From positions 9,816 to 73,815 of the forward strand of contig CAZCQW010000004.1 in NCBI GenBank assembly GCA_964500975.1: a stretch of DNA of 64,000 nucleotides, in the 5' to 3' direction. Both the position numbers and the translations under genes were made by a program. The notes beneath the pieces are model-generated. The model made no database searches, was not told where the DNA came from, and saw only the letters and a program-made list of their open reading frames with translations. Numbering within the stretch: position 1 is the stretch's first letter; the number at the start of each line of letters is the position of its first letter. Shown here piece by piece: positions 54,864 to 64,000 of this stretch. Source of the stretch: an uncultured Gammaproteobacteria bacterium (GTDB lineage: Bacteria > Patescibacteriota > Patescibacteriia > Patescibacteriales > UBA12465).

Positions 54864-57800
54864 ATGTCTTTTGTCCATCTCCACAATCATAGCCATTATT
54901 CATTACTTGACGGTTTAACTAAACTGGACGAGATGATTAACTATGCCAAAGAACAGGGGTCGCCGGCGGTTGCGCTTACTGACCATGGTTCTATGTATGG
55001 TATTATTGAGTTTTATCAAAAGGCTAAGAAAGCTGGTATTAAGCCTATTCTTGGGGTTGAGACATATTTGGCTCAGAATTCACGTCATGATAAAAATACT
55101 CGTGAAGATGGTCGTAGTTTTCATCTCATTCTTTTAGCAAAAAATGAAACTGGTTATAAAAACTTAATTAAGCTTGTTTCCCATGCCTACATGGAGGGGT
55201 TTTATTATAAACCAAGAATTGACTGGGAATTACTAAAGGAGCATGCCGATGGTTTAATTGCTTGTAGCGCTTGTTTAGCCGGGGAAATACCAAGACTGAT
55301 TAGATCCGAAAAACTTGAAGAAGCGAAAAAAAGAATTCTTGAATATAATGATCTTTTTGGACAAGATAATTATTATTTAGAAATTCAAGATCACCCAGAA
55401 CTTGCAGACCAAAAAATTGTTAATGATCAATTGATTAAGTTTTCTAAAGAATTAAATATTCCGCTCGTTGCAACTAATGATGTTCATTATTTTAAAAAAG
55501 AAGATGCTGAGGCGCAGGATATTTTATTGTGTCTTCAAAATAAAAAGAAAATTACTGATACCGATAGAATGACTATGATAGGTTATGGCGATTACTCAAT
55601 GCGAAGTAACAGTGAAATGATTGCCGCCTTTAAAGATACTCCAGAAGCAATCAGTAATACTTTGAAAATCGCGGAGATGTGTAACGTTGAAATTGAGCTA
55701 GGAAATATTCAGTTGCCATATTTTGAAGTGCCTGAAGGATATGATGGAAATTCATATTTAAGAGAGTGGTGCGAGCAGGGAATTTTAACTAGATTTCCGG
55801 GTGCGTCTGAAGATGAACTTAAAGTTGTTAAAGAAAGACTAGACTACGAATTGTCAGTAGTGACAAAAATGGGTTGGCCGTCATACTTTTTAATTGTAGC
55901 TGACTTTATTAAATGGGCGCGCGACAATAAGATTGTGGTTGGCCCAGGTCGTGGTAGTGCAGCCGGGTCTTTAGTTTGTTACTTAACTGGAATTACTAAT
56001 CTTGACCCCTTAAAGTACGAATTACTGTTTGAACGTTTCTTAAACCCAGAACGTATTTCCATGCCCGATATTGATATGGATTTCGCCGATATTCGTCGTG
56101 GTGAAGTTTTAGAATACGTGGGTCGTAAATACGGTCAGGATCACGTTGCGCAGATTATTACTTTTGGAACTATGGCGGCTCGTGCGGCTGTTCGGGATGT
56201 GGGGCGAGTACTTGATGAACCTTATGAATTTTGCGATAAGATTTCTAAGAGTATCCCAATGTTTACAAAGCTTGCAGAAGCTATAAAAACTGTTCCCGAA
56301 GTAAAAGATTTATATAAAAACGAACCAGCTGCTAAAAAAATTCTAGACTACGCTCTTCGCTTAGAGGGCGTGGCTCGTCATTCTTCTACACATGCTTGTG
56401 GTGTTTTGATTACCAAGGACCCTTTAACTGAGTATGTGCCCACACAATACGCTTCATCAACTGATAGAAGCATTATCTCTCAATATTCACTTCATCCGAT
56501 TGAAGATCTTGGTCTTCTTAAGATGGACTTTTTGGGTCTAAAAAATCTCACGATTATTGAATCAGCTTTAAAAATTATTAAAAATACTCGTGGTCTTGAT
56601 ATAAATATTGATGATATTCCACTAGACGATGTAGCTGCTTATAAATTATTTCAAGATGGTGAAACCACCGGCGTCTTTCAATTTGAATCATCCGGCATGA
56701 AACGTTATTTACGAGAACTTAAGCCAACTGTTTTTGAAGATATTATCGCAATGGTGGCACTGTATCGTCCTGGTCCTATGGAATGGATTCCTGATTATAT
56801 TGATGGAAAACATAAACGTAAAAAAGTTGTTTATCTTCATGAAAAATTAGCACCAATTTTAGAAAAGACTTACGGCGTGGCGATTTATCAAGAACAAGTT
56901 ATGCAGATTGCTCGTGATCTTGCTGGTTTTACCATGGGTCAAGCTGATGTTTTGCGTAAAGCCATGGGTAAGAAAATTGTTTCGTTGCTAGCCGAGCAGA
57001 AGGAAAAATTTATTGAGGGCTGCGTTAAAAATGGTGTTTATAAGGAATTAGCAGAAAAAGTTTTTTCATTCATTGAACCTTTTGCTGGATATGGTTTTAA
57101 TAGATCTCACGCTGCCTGCTACGCGATGATTGGTTACCAAACTGCTTATCTTAAGGCTCATTGGCCCGTTGAGTTTATGGCAGCACTTTTAACCGCTGAT
57201 CAAGGTGATAGTGATAGAGTTGCAATCGAAATTGAGGAATGTCGTAACATGAATATTAAAATCATGGCACCGGATATTAATGAATCATTTGGAACATTTA
57301 CCGTGGTAACAGCTGGAACAAAAGAAAATAGAATTGTTGGTGAAAATGAAAAAGCCGATACAATTCGCTTTGGTTTAAAAGCAATTAAGAATGTTGGCGA
57401 GCATATCGTTGATACTCTTATTCATGAGCGCAAAGAAAATGGACCATTTGATGATGTTTTTAATTTGCTAGAAAGAGTTACTGATAAAGATTTGAATAAA
57501 AAGTCCTTAGAAAGTCTGATTAAAAGTGGTGCGATGGATAGTTTTGGTGAACGCGGGGAGCTTCTCGCCAATATGGAGAAATTATTGAACTACAACAAGG
57601 AATTAGCGAAAGCCAAAGAAAGTAAGCAGACAAGTTTATTTGCTGACATGCCGGCTTCAAGCGGTCTTCATAAAGCCGCCTTAACTCCGGCTGCCCCAGC
57701 CGAACAAAATGAAAAATTAATTTGGGAAAAGGAATTACTTGGTTTATACGTTAGCGAACACCCTTATAATATTTATAGGCCATATTTAGTAAACTATACC

Positions 57801-58469
57801 GTGCCATTAGTTAAACTTAAACAGCACAAAGGATCAGAACGAGTTATCACGGCCGGAGTTGTTTCAACTATTAAAAAGATTTTAACTCGCAAGGGAGAGT
57901 CAATGCTTTTTGTTAAACTTGAAGACGCAACTAATTCAGTTGAACTTTTAGTATTTCCACGTCTTTATAAGGAAACTGTGAATATTTGGGTTGATGGCCA
58001 AGCAGTTATTCTTGACGGTAGCGTTTCTGAAAAGGATCAAGATGTTAAATTTTTAGTGAATCGCGTTGTTGTTTTAGAAGCTGATAAACCGAAAGAATCC
58101 GTTGATAATTTTAAAAGACTGATGATGGAGGCAGGGCCCGCTAAACCAAACTATAGAAATAAATATATTAATGCAAACAATAATAAATCAGCAGAAAGTA
58201 CTATCAAGTCAGCTCAGGAAGTGGGTTCTAATAATTTACCACCAAAAAATCCTTTGAGAATTATTTTTATGACTGATTTGGAGCCGGCTGATGTTGTAAA
58301 TTTGAAAAATGCTTTTTCAATATATCCTGGAGAAGATGAGGTGTATTTTAAAATTACCGAAAACGGAAAAGCAAAAATTATTAAGACCGCCTTTAAGGTT
58401 GAAAATACCAAAGATTTAGTCGATAAACTAAAGGAAGATTTTCGTGAACTGTTAAAGATTGCTGAGTAG
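54864..58469 (+). CDS. dnaE: DNA polymerase III alpha subunit.
   Basis: PHP domain (HLHNHSHYSLLDG), a polymerase core (GPGRGSAAGSLV, MPDIDMDF), and an OB-fold region. Length is 1201 aa. Confidence 0.95.
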   Translation: MSFVHLHNHSHYSLLDGLTKLDEMINYAKEQGSPAVALTDHGSMYGIIEFYQKAKKAGIKPILGVETYLAQNSRHDKNTREDGRSFHLILLAKNETGYKNLIKLVSHAYMEGFYYKPRIDWELLKEHADGLIACSACLAGEIPRLIRSEKLEEAKKRILEYNDLFGQDNYYLEIQDHPELADQKIVNDQLIKFSKELNIPLVATNDVHYFKKEDAEAQDILLCLQNKKKITDTDRMTMIGYGDYSMRSNSEMIAAFKDTPEAISNTLKIAEMCNVEIELGNIQLPYFEVPEGYDGNSYLREWCEQGILTRFPGASEDELKVVKERLDYELSVVTKMGWPSYFLIVADFIKWARDNKIVVGPGRGSAAGSLVCYLTGITNLDPLKYELLFERFLNPERISMPDIDMDFADIRRGEVLEYVGRKYGQDHVAQIITFGTMAARAAVRDVGRVLDEPYEFCDKISKSIPMFTKLAEAIKTVPEVKDLYKNEPAAKKILDYALRLEGVARHSSTHACGVLITKDPLTEYVPTQYASSTDRSIISQYSLHPIEDLGLLKMDFLGLKNLTIIESALKIIKNTRGLDINIDDIPLDDVAAYKLFQDGETTGVFQFESSGMKRYLRELKPTVFEDIIAMVALYRPGPMEWIPDYIDGKHKRKKVVYLHEKLAPILEKTYGVAIYQEQVMQIARDLAGFTMGQADVLRKAMGKKIVSLLAEQKEKFIEGCVKNGVYKELAEKVFSFIEPFAGYGFNRSHAACYAMIGYQTAYLKAHWPVEFMAALLTADQGDSDRVAIEIEECRNMNIKIMAPDINESFGTFTVVTAGTKENRIVGENEKADTIRFGLKAIKNVGEHIVDTLIHERKENGPFDDVFNLLERVTDKDLNKKSLESLIKSGAMDSFGERGELLANMEKLLNYNKELAKAKESKQTSLFADMPASSGLHKAALTPAAPAEQNEKLIWEKELLGLYVSEHPYNIYRPYLVNYTVPLVKLKQHKGSERVITAGVVSTIKKILTRKGESMLFVKLEDATNSVELLVFPRLYKETVNIWVDGQAVILDGSVSEKDQDVKFLVNRVVVLEADKPKESVDNFKRLMMEAGPAKPNYRNKYINANNNKSAESTIKSAQEVGSNNLPPKNPLRIIFMTDLEPADVVNLKNAFSIYPGEDEVYFKITENGKAKIIKTAFKVENTKDLVDKLKEDFRELLKIAE

Positions 58470-58599
58470 TTAGATCCTGATAATTATTTAATAAAAAATT
58501 TAATAACATAAATTGCCGCCAATATAAAATTCTGTTATAATAAAGTTAATGTAAATGTTAACTTTTTTTTAAATTAAAAAAAATAATTTTTTTGATACT

Positions 58600-60276
58600 A
58601 TGCCCAAAGCGAAAAAAACTTCAGAAATAAAAAGCGAAAAGAAAATCGCACCTGCTCGAGGCAAGACAGGTAATTCTGAAAAAAAACCAAAAGCTAAAAC
58701 CAAATCTTTGGTTAAAAAAAAGACAGTCGTTTTAAAAAAAACAGCACCAACAGAAAGAGACGATAATTATAAGAAAAAGATTAAGTCTGTTATCGTTGAT
58801 GTTATAAAAGATGAAGATGATGTATTTCCAGATTTACCTTCAGTATATTCATTTCATGAAAATCGTGATTTAACAAGTAATAATGATGATAGCGATGAAG
58901 GTCAAGGTGAAGATGATGAAGATAATAATGAAAGTCATGATGATTATAAAACACAGAAAACCTCTGGTTTAGATTGTAGTGATGATGTTCGAGAAAATAT
59001 GTCAGCAGAGGCAAGTAATAGTGAAAGAAAAAAAGAAGAAGATATTGATAAACAAAAATTATTTTATTCTCAACTTGTTAGTGAAATAAAAACTAAAGAT
59101 GTATCTAATATTGAAAATAGTGCTCCAAGCGCTAAACACATAAGTCTGTATCGCGGTTTAGTTTGGAAATTTTTATCGTTTACTGTGGTTTTGCTTCTGG
59201 TTGTTTTGTATTTCTCTTTTGCGACTCTAACTATAGTTATTTCACCAAAAGGGGAAGAGATAAATGACAGCTTTTTGTTAAAGATAGAATCAGGAAAGAC
59301 AGATAATTCTGGCACACTTTCAGAAACTGATTATAGAGAGCTTATTCCTGGTGAAATTAAAGAAGTATTTTTAAACGACGAAAAAATAGTAACATCAAGT
59401 GGAGAAGAATTTATTGGCGACGAAATATATGGACAAGTCACTCTTGTTAATAATTCAAATAAGCCTCAAGTTTTAGTTGCAAAAACAAGATTGCTTAGTA
59501 CTGATAATAAACTATATCGTCTAAAAGAGGGTGTTACTATTCCGGCTGGAGGAAAAGTTGAAACGGAAATTTATTCTGATATTGCTAACGAAGATATGGC
59601 GATTAATGCTAGCACTTTTACTATTCCAGGTCTTTGGCTCGGTCTTCAAGATAAGATATTCGCTAAGAGTGAAAAGCCTTTTGTTTATAGACAAAAAGTT
59701 AAAAAATATATTAAGGCTAGTGATATTGAACAAGCAACTAGTGAGATGAATAATTCTTTAGTCTCTAAGCTTAAAGAAAAGGGCGGTAAAGTATCAAGTG
59801 ATCAAGTTTTTCTCCATGAAAATCTTGATAATTCGAGTGTCTTAAGTGATGGTAAGGCTGGTGAATCCAAAGAAAGCTTTACTGTAAGAGCGTCGAGTAG
59901 TTTAGTATCGGTTGTATTTTCTAAATCCGATGTTTCTAAATTAGCGGCTGCTAAATTGTCCCTACTTGTTCCAGATGATAAAGAACTGGTTGATTATAGC
60001 CAGGATAATATTAAATACTCCTTGGATCAGTATGATGTTGAGACTGGAGTAGCTACCGTCAAGGCTACTTTTACCGGAACAATGGTTTTGAAAAGCGACG
60101 CTAATATTCTTGATAAAAAACAATTAGTAAACTTAAGCCAACAACAGCTAGAAAATTATCTTAAAACATTTCCTGAAATCAGGAGTTACAAGCTTAAATT
60201 TAACCCTTCATTTATTACCCGAGCTCCGCGTTTACCTGAAAAAATACACGTTCAGGTTGCAGGTTTGGAAAAATAA
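58600..60276 (+). CDS. Hypothetical single-pass membrane protein of 558 aa, with a Lys-rich N-terminus and an acidic Asp/Glu-rich segment.
   Basis: A basic N-terminus (KKTSEIKSEKKIAPARGKTGNSEKKPKAKTK), an acidic stretch, one TM helix, and a large extracytoplasmic domain. Confidence 0.4.
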   Translation: MPKAKKTSEIKSEKKIAPARGKTGNSEKKPKAKTKSLVKKKTVVLKKTAPTERDDNYKKKIKSVIVDVIKDEDDVFPDLPSVYSFHENRDLTSNNDDSDEGQGEDDEDNNESHDDYKTQKTSGLDCSDDVRENMSAEASNSERKKEEDIDKQKLFYSQLVSEIKTKDVSNIENSAPSAKHISLYRGLVWKFLSFTVVLLLVVLYFSFATLTIVISPKGEEINDSFLLKIESGKTDNSGTLSETDYRELIPGEIKEVFLNDEKIVTSSGEEFIGDEIYGQVTLVNNSNKPQVLVAKTRLLSTDNKLYRLKEGVTIPAGGKVETEIYSDIANEDMAINASTFTIPGLWLGLQDKIFAKSEKPFVYRQKVKKYIKASDIEQATSEMNNSLVSKLKEKGGKVSSDQVFLHENLDNSSVLSDGKAGESKESFTVRASSSLVSVVFSKSDVSKLAAAKLSLLVPDDKELVDYSQDNIKYSLDQYDVETGVATVKATFTGTMVLKSDANILDKKQLVNLSQQQLENYLKTFPEIRSYKLKFNPSFITRAPRLPEKIHVQVAGLEK

Positions 60277-60296
60277 TATTTGCTTAATTAAAAAAA

Positions 60297-60327
60297 CCTC
60301 TCTTTAACTAAGGAGAGATTTTTTTAT
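60297..60327. terminator. Terminator between convergent genes.
   Basis: cctctc-tttaactaag-gagag hairpin followed by a T7 run. Confidence 0.6.
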
Positions 60328-60403
60328 TTTATCATATGCGCCGAAGACATTTTTTATTTAATAAATTCATTACTCAATCTTTTTAGATTTGCGAAGCCGC
60401 TTC

Positions 60404-61306
60404 TTATATCAAATTAAAAATATTAAAACTAGATTTTTTTTTGCCATGGATAATTGACTTTAAGTCACTAGCTAATTTTATAGCCTCAGTTAGCGGTCTT
60501 TGGTGGAGATTTCTTCCTATGGCTAGTCCATGGGTATTAGAAATTTCTAATTGATCTCTTGTAGTAGCGGCCATTTCTTTGCTTAATCGCATGCTTCCGC
60601 CAACACAAATTACCTTTGTTCTTCCGGCCGCCTTTGTGACTTCGGTATATTTTTCGGCCGTAATTTTGTTATTTTTTGCTCCATATGGATATTTCAATTT
60701 TACAAAATCCGTATCAAGGCAGGCAGCCACACCAGCTCCGCCAGATATTGTATGAATATCTTCTTCTTTAATATTTTTTCCTCGTGGATATATCCAGAGA
60801 ACACTTATTAAACCATTTTTGTGAGCTTCAAAAATTGCCTGAGAAATCTTGGCCATCATTTTTGACTCAAACTTGGAGCCAAGATAAAGAGTGTAGCCTA
60901 TTCCAACTACATTTAGATTGGATTGTTTTTTAAAATTAACAATGTCGTTTATTTTTAGCCAACAATCGCTTGAATCCTTTTCATCATTTGGCCCAATATT
61001 TGTCTTACCGTTAATTTTGATAATATATGGTATATTTTTATATTGCTCTCCATACCTCGAAACTAATCCAAAATGAGTCGCAAGCACAGCTCCTTTAGTT
61101 GCGTTCGCTATTTTGAATAAATGCTCAGGAGAAGAATCTTCTTTTGATATTTGTGGTCCAAAAAAGTCATCATTTAAATGTTCGATTTTTTGATCACCGG
61201 CAATTAATAGCATTTTTCCGGTACCTCCAGTTGCTAATTTATAGTTATTTCTGTATTCGGATCTTTTTGACTTTGGGACGCTAAGAGGAATTTTAATGTT
61301 TAACAT
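60404..61306 (-). CDS. Class I fructose-bisphosphate aldolase of the DhnA/FbaB archaeal type.
   Basis: 300 aa TIM-barrel of the aldolase family. The recognition is a pattern match to DhnA-type class I aldolases, with the Schiff-base lysine region ...VLWIYPRGKNIK...VKLKYPYG.... Moderate confidence. Confidence 0.6.
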   Translation of the reverse strand: MLNIKIPLSVPKSKRSEYRNNYKLATGGTGKMLLIAGDQKIEHLNDDFFGPQISKEDSSPEHLFKIANATKGAVLATHFGLVSRYGEQYKNIPYIIKINGKTNIGPNDEKDSSDCWLKINDIVNFKKQSNLNVVGIGYTLYLGSKFESKMMAKISQAIFEAHKNGLISVLWIYPRGKNIKEEDIHTISGGAGVAACLDTDFVKLKYPYGAKNNKITAEKYTEVTKAAGRTKVICVGGSMRLSKEMAATTRDQLEISNTHGLAIGRNLHQRPLTEAIKLASDLKSIIHGKKKSSFNIFNLI

Positions 61307-61368
61307 GTATTTTATATAATTATTATAATATGCTATGCTAAGTATGTTAATGTAATTATAACATAATT

Positions 61369-62253
61369 ATGTCAAAAAATAAAAATGATGAAGCAAGTGA
61401 TTTAAAAAGATACAAAGACTCAAGCGGATTGACTATTCAAAAATTAAATTTTGGTCTTTGGTTGTCGGAAAAACGCCAAAAAATTACAAAGCTTTTTGTT
61501 TTGTTTTTGATTGTTTTATCGGTTACTTTGTTTGCGTATTCATCGTATAATTATATCGTTTATTTTTCCGACGACTCTGATTATAATATTGGTAGTCTTA
61601 ATTTAGTAACTTCTCCAAAAAATTTAGTCTCCGATTTAGAGATTTCTAGACCAATAATATTGAAAAATGAAGATAATTACGATCTTGCCGTACTAATTAA
61701 AAATCCAAATAATTATTTTGTTGCGCGCTTTAAATACTGTTTTGTTATAAGCCAATCGGAGAATTTGTGCTCAGACGGTTTTATTTTTCCGAACGAAGAA
61801 AAGTATTTTAGCGTTTTGGGAAGAAAGTCTGATAGTGGGTTTGGTGATGTTGGATTAGTTTTAAATGACCTGTCTTGGAGAAGAATTGATGCTCATGCAA
61901 TTCCTGATTGGGGGGTGTTTACTCGCGATCATTTAAACTTTGCTATTGATAATGTAGAGATTTTTTTAGCAAACGAAAAATCAACCTCGAATAATACCGA
62001 CACGCTTAGCTTTGTGGCCACTAATCGCAGTCCATATTCTTATTATGAATTGCCACTGACGATTGCTTTTTATAATAATGAAAATCTTATAGCTATAAAT
62101 ACATACTTGCTTCAAAAATTTTTGTCAGGAGAGAAAAGGGAAGTCCGTTTAAGTTGGCCGGGCTACCTGGCTGGAGTTACGAGAACTCAGATAACGCCTC
62201 ATCCAGACCTGTTTAATAATGAAATCTATTTAAAATATCAGGGCGCCAATTAG
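61369..62253 (+). CDS. Hypothetical N-terminally anchored protein, 294 aa.
   Basis: One TM helix and no recognisable motif. Confidence 0.4.
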   Translation: MSKNKNDEASDLKRYKDSSGLTIQKLNFGLWLSEKRQKITKLFVLFLIVLSVTLFAYSSYNYIVYFSDDSDYNIGSLNLVTSPKNLVSDLEISRPIILKNEDNYDLAVLIKNPNNYFVARFKYCFVISQSENLCSDGFIFPNEEKYFSVLGRKSDSGFGDVGLVLNDLSWRRIDAHAIPDWGVFTRDHLNFAIDNVEIFLANEKSTSNNTDTLSFVATNRSPYSYYELPLTIAFYNNENLIAINTYLLQKFLSGEKREVRLSWPGYLAGVTRTQITPHPDLFNNEIYLKYQGAN

Positions 62254-62271
62254 TCTGTAATATTAATAATA

Positions 62272-63378
62272 ATGTTAAACCGTTTTAGGCTATACTTAAA
62301 AAATTTTGACTGGCTGATATTATCATCAGTCGTTCTTTTATTGGCCTTTAGTTTGGTTGAAATATATAGCGTAGCCTTGGGTCAAGAAAGGTTGAGTTTG
62401 CAAAACTTTCAAAAACAGTTTGTATTTGCGCTCATAGGGCTTTTTTTGTTGTTTGTATTTTCTTTTATAGATGTATATTCTATAAAAAGTTTTAGTCGTT
62501 ATTTTTATATACTAGCCGTCCTGGTATTAATTGCGGTATTAATTTTTGGCTCAACTAATCGTGGGACCAAGGGTTGGTTTAATATTTTTGGTTTTGGCTT
62601 GCAGCCGGTTGAATTTGTTAAGATAGTTTTAATACTGTTTTTGTCTAAGTTTTTTTCCGGATTAGCCACAAAAGTTAAAACTTCGCATCATTTTTTTGCC
62701 TCCGCTCTTAGTGCTGGTTTTTTAATTTTCTTAGTCTTATTGCAGCCAGATTTTGGATCTGCTTTAATTCTTGCGGCAATTTGGCTTATTTTAATTATCG
62801 CCGCAGGATTTCCTAAAAGGTATTTATTAATCATTGCTGTAACTGGCGTAGTAGTCTTTACGATTGCCTGGTTATTCTTATTTAAAACCTATCAAAAAGA
62901 GCGCATTCTGACATTTCTTGATCCAACGGCCAATTCTCTTGAATCTGGTTATAATATTTCTCAGGCCATGATTGCGGTTGGTTCGGGAGGTGTTATGGGT
63001 AAAGGGGTTGGATTTGGCTCTCAGTCACAGTTAAAATTCTTGCCAGAAGCTCAAAATGACTTTATTTTTGCAGTTATTGCTGAAGAATTAGGCTTATTAG
63101 GGGTATTATTAGTCTTGGGTTTCTACGTAATTTTCTTTTATCGTTGCTTCTCAGCCCTAAAGAAGGTTGGCAATGATTTTGGCATATATTTCATAATTGG
63201 AGCAGCAGGCTTGATTTTTATTCAAATGTTTATTAATATTGGTATGAACATAGGAATTATGCCGGTAGTGGGTTTACCTCTGCCTTTTGTCAGTTATGGC
63301 GGCAGTTCCTTATTATCTTTGCTAATATTGGTGGGGATAATTGAAAATATAATTATTAAATCAAAAATTAGCTATTAA
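62272..63378 (+). CDS. SEDS-family peptidoglycan glycosyltransferase, FtsW/RodA.
   Basis: About 10 TM helices, and the SEDS motifs QPDFGSALIL and FLPEAQNDFIFAVIAEELG. Confidence 0.85.
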   Translation: MLNRFRLYLKNFDWLILSSVVLLLAFSLVEIYSVALGQERLSLQNFQKQFVFALIGLFLLFVFSFIDVYSIKSFSRYFYILAVLVLIAVLIFGSTNRGTKGWFNIFGFGLQPVEFVKIVLILFLSKFFSGLATKVKTSHHFFASALSAGFLIFLVLLQPDFGSALILAAIWLILIIAAGFPKRYLLIIAVTGVVVFTIAWLFLFKTYQKERILTFLDPTANSLESGYNISQAMIAVGSGGVMGKGVGFGSQSQLKFLPEAQNDFIFAVIAEELGLLGVLLVLGFYVIFFYRCFSALKKVGNDFGIYFIIGAAGLIFIQMFINIGMNIGIMPVVGLPLPFVSYGGSSLLSLLILVGIIENIIIKSKISY

Positions 63379-63382
63379 ATCT

Positions 63383-64000
63383 ATGGAATTTAAACTAAAA
63401 GCAGAAAAAAGAGAGAAAAATGAAAAAATAAGTGCTGATCTTATTCCAGCAGTTGTTTACGGAAATGGCATTGAAAGTCAGAGCTTAAAATTAAAAAAGG
63501 TTGATTTTGAAAAAGCTTTTTCTTTGGCTGGAGAATCCAATCTAATTGATTTGGATTACGGCACTGGCGTTGTTAAAGTTTTAGTAAAAGATGTTCAACG
63601 TGATGTTTTAAAATATACTTTTTCTCATGTTGATTTTTATCAAGTTAACATGAAGGAAAAGGTTACCGCTGAAATCAGACTTCACTTTGTGGGCGAATCA
63701 AAAGCTATTAAAGAATTGGGCGGTATGTTAATGAAAGAAATTAATGAATTAGAAGTAGAGTGTTTGCCAACTGATTTAGTAGATCATATTGATGTAGATA
63801 TTTCTGTTTTAAATACTTTTGATGATGTTATAAAAATTGCAGATTTAAGCTTGCCGGCCGGTCTTAAATTAATGAACCATAATGGAGAGGGTGTAGTTGC
63901 AATGGTTGTTGAACCTAAGGCTCACGAAGAAGAAGTAAAACCGGTTGAAGCTGTTCCAGCTGCCGCTCCGGCTAAGGACGCTAAAAAAGAAGAAGTAAAG
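63383..64000 (+). CDS. rplY: 50S ribosomal protein L25, the general stress protein Ctc form. The 3' end runs off the window.
   Basis: MEFKLKAEKREKNEKISADLIPAVVYGNG...VLVKDVQRD...HVDFYQV, with a C-terminal Ala/Lys/Glu-rich tail typical of Ctc. Confidence 0.85.
   Translation, partial: MEFKLKAEKREKNEKISADLIPAVVYGNGIESQSLKLKKVDFEKAFSLAGESNLIDLDYGTGVVKVLVKDVQRDVLKYTFSHVDFYQVNMKEKVTAEIRLHFVGESKAIKELGGMLMKEINELEVECLPTDLVDHIDVDISVLNTFDDVIKIADLSLPAGLKLMNHNGEGVVAMVVEPKAHEEEVKPVEAVPAAAPAKDAKKEEVK

Noticed and set aside
1-64000. CRISPR arrays, rRNA genes, group I/II introns, and retron or DGR reverse transcriptases.
   Set aside because: No regularly spaced direct repeats with unique spacers were seen. 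No rRNA-like conserved stretches were found. No reverse transcriptase motifs appear in any frame of the ORF track. The only tandem repeats are in-frame coding repeats, at 36731..36922 and 42689..42730, and the 20-bp leader repeat at 29437..29484.

Overview
Low-GC, gene-dense bacterial chromosome segment that looks like Patescibacteria/CPR; that taxonomic placement is an inference, not established. Almost all genes run on the + strand, with very short intergenic spacers and classic hairpin plus T-tract terminators.

Content, left to right:
- A MacA/MacB-type ABC export locus with two FtsX permeases, one of them carrying an in-frame TGA.
- A class I ribonucleotide reductase pair, nrdAB, behind a putative pair of NrdR boxes.
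- A small glycolytic cluster: an ackA remnant, pyk and eno.
- greA, a PhoH2-like PIN-ATPase, a Cys-rich small protein, a polysaccharide deacetylase, a LemA/TPM pair, rlmH, an AlkD-like repair protein and two SIMPL-domain proteins.
- An operon encoding a tandem ATP-grasp ligase, a FemAB-like GNAT and a SET-domain methyltransferase, sitting directly upstream of the HU gene.
- A small region that looks like a mobile-element remnant: a Phd/YefM-RelE pair, an excisionase-family HTH gene and a dinD carrying an in-frame TAA.
- An ECF sigma factor and putative anti-sigma factor, followed by a 1123-aa signal-peptide protein with extreme codon bias, a candidate S-layer or surface protein.
- A cell-surface and glycosylation island: a repeat protein with a peptidoglycan-binding domain, a Wzy_C-TPR protein, a 1304-aa LTD/LamG giant protein, RNase P RNA, a WbaP-like phosphotransferase and two GT4 glycosyltransferases.
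- mnmA, two membrane-protein genes sharing an unusual conserved promoter and leader cassette, tRNA-Leu(CAA), parAB, dnaE, a class I aldolase, a SEDS protein and the start of rplY.

Window-wide observations:
- No gene ends in TGA; roughly 60 CDS use only TAA or TAG.
- Three genes carry single in-frame stop codons, one each of TGA, TAG and TAA, and ackA has an internal deletion.
- A GC-rich 13-nt hairpin, CCGCC-N3-GGCGG, recurs immediately 5' of several start codons.
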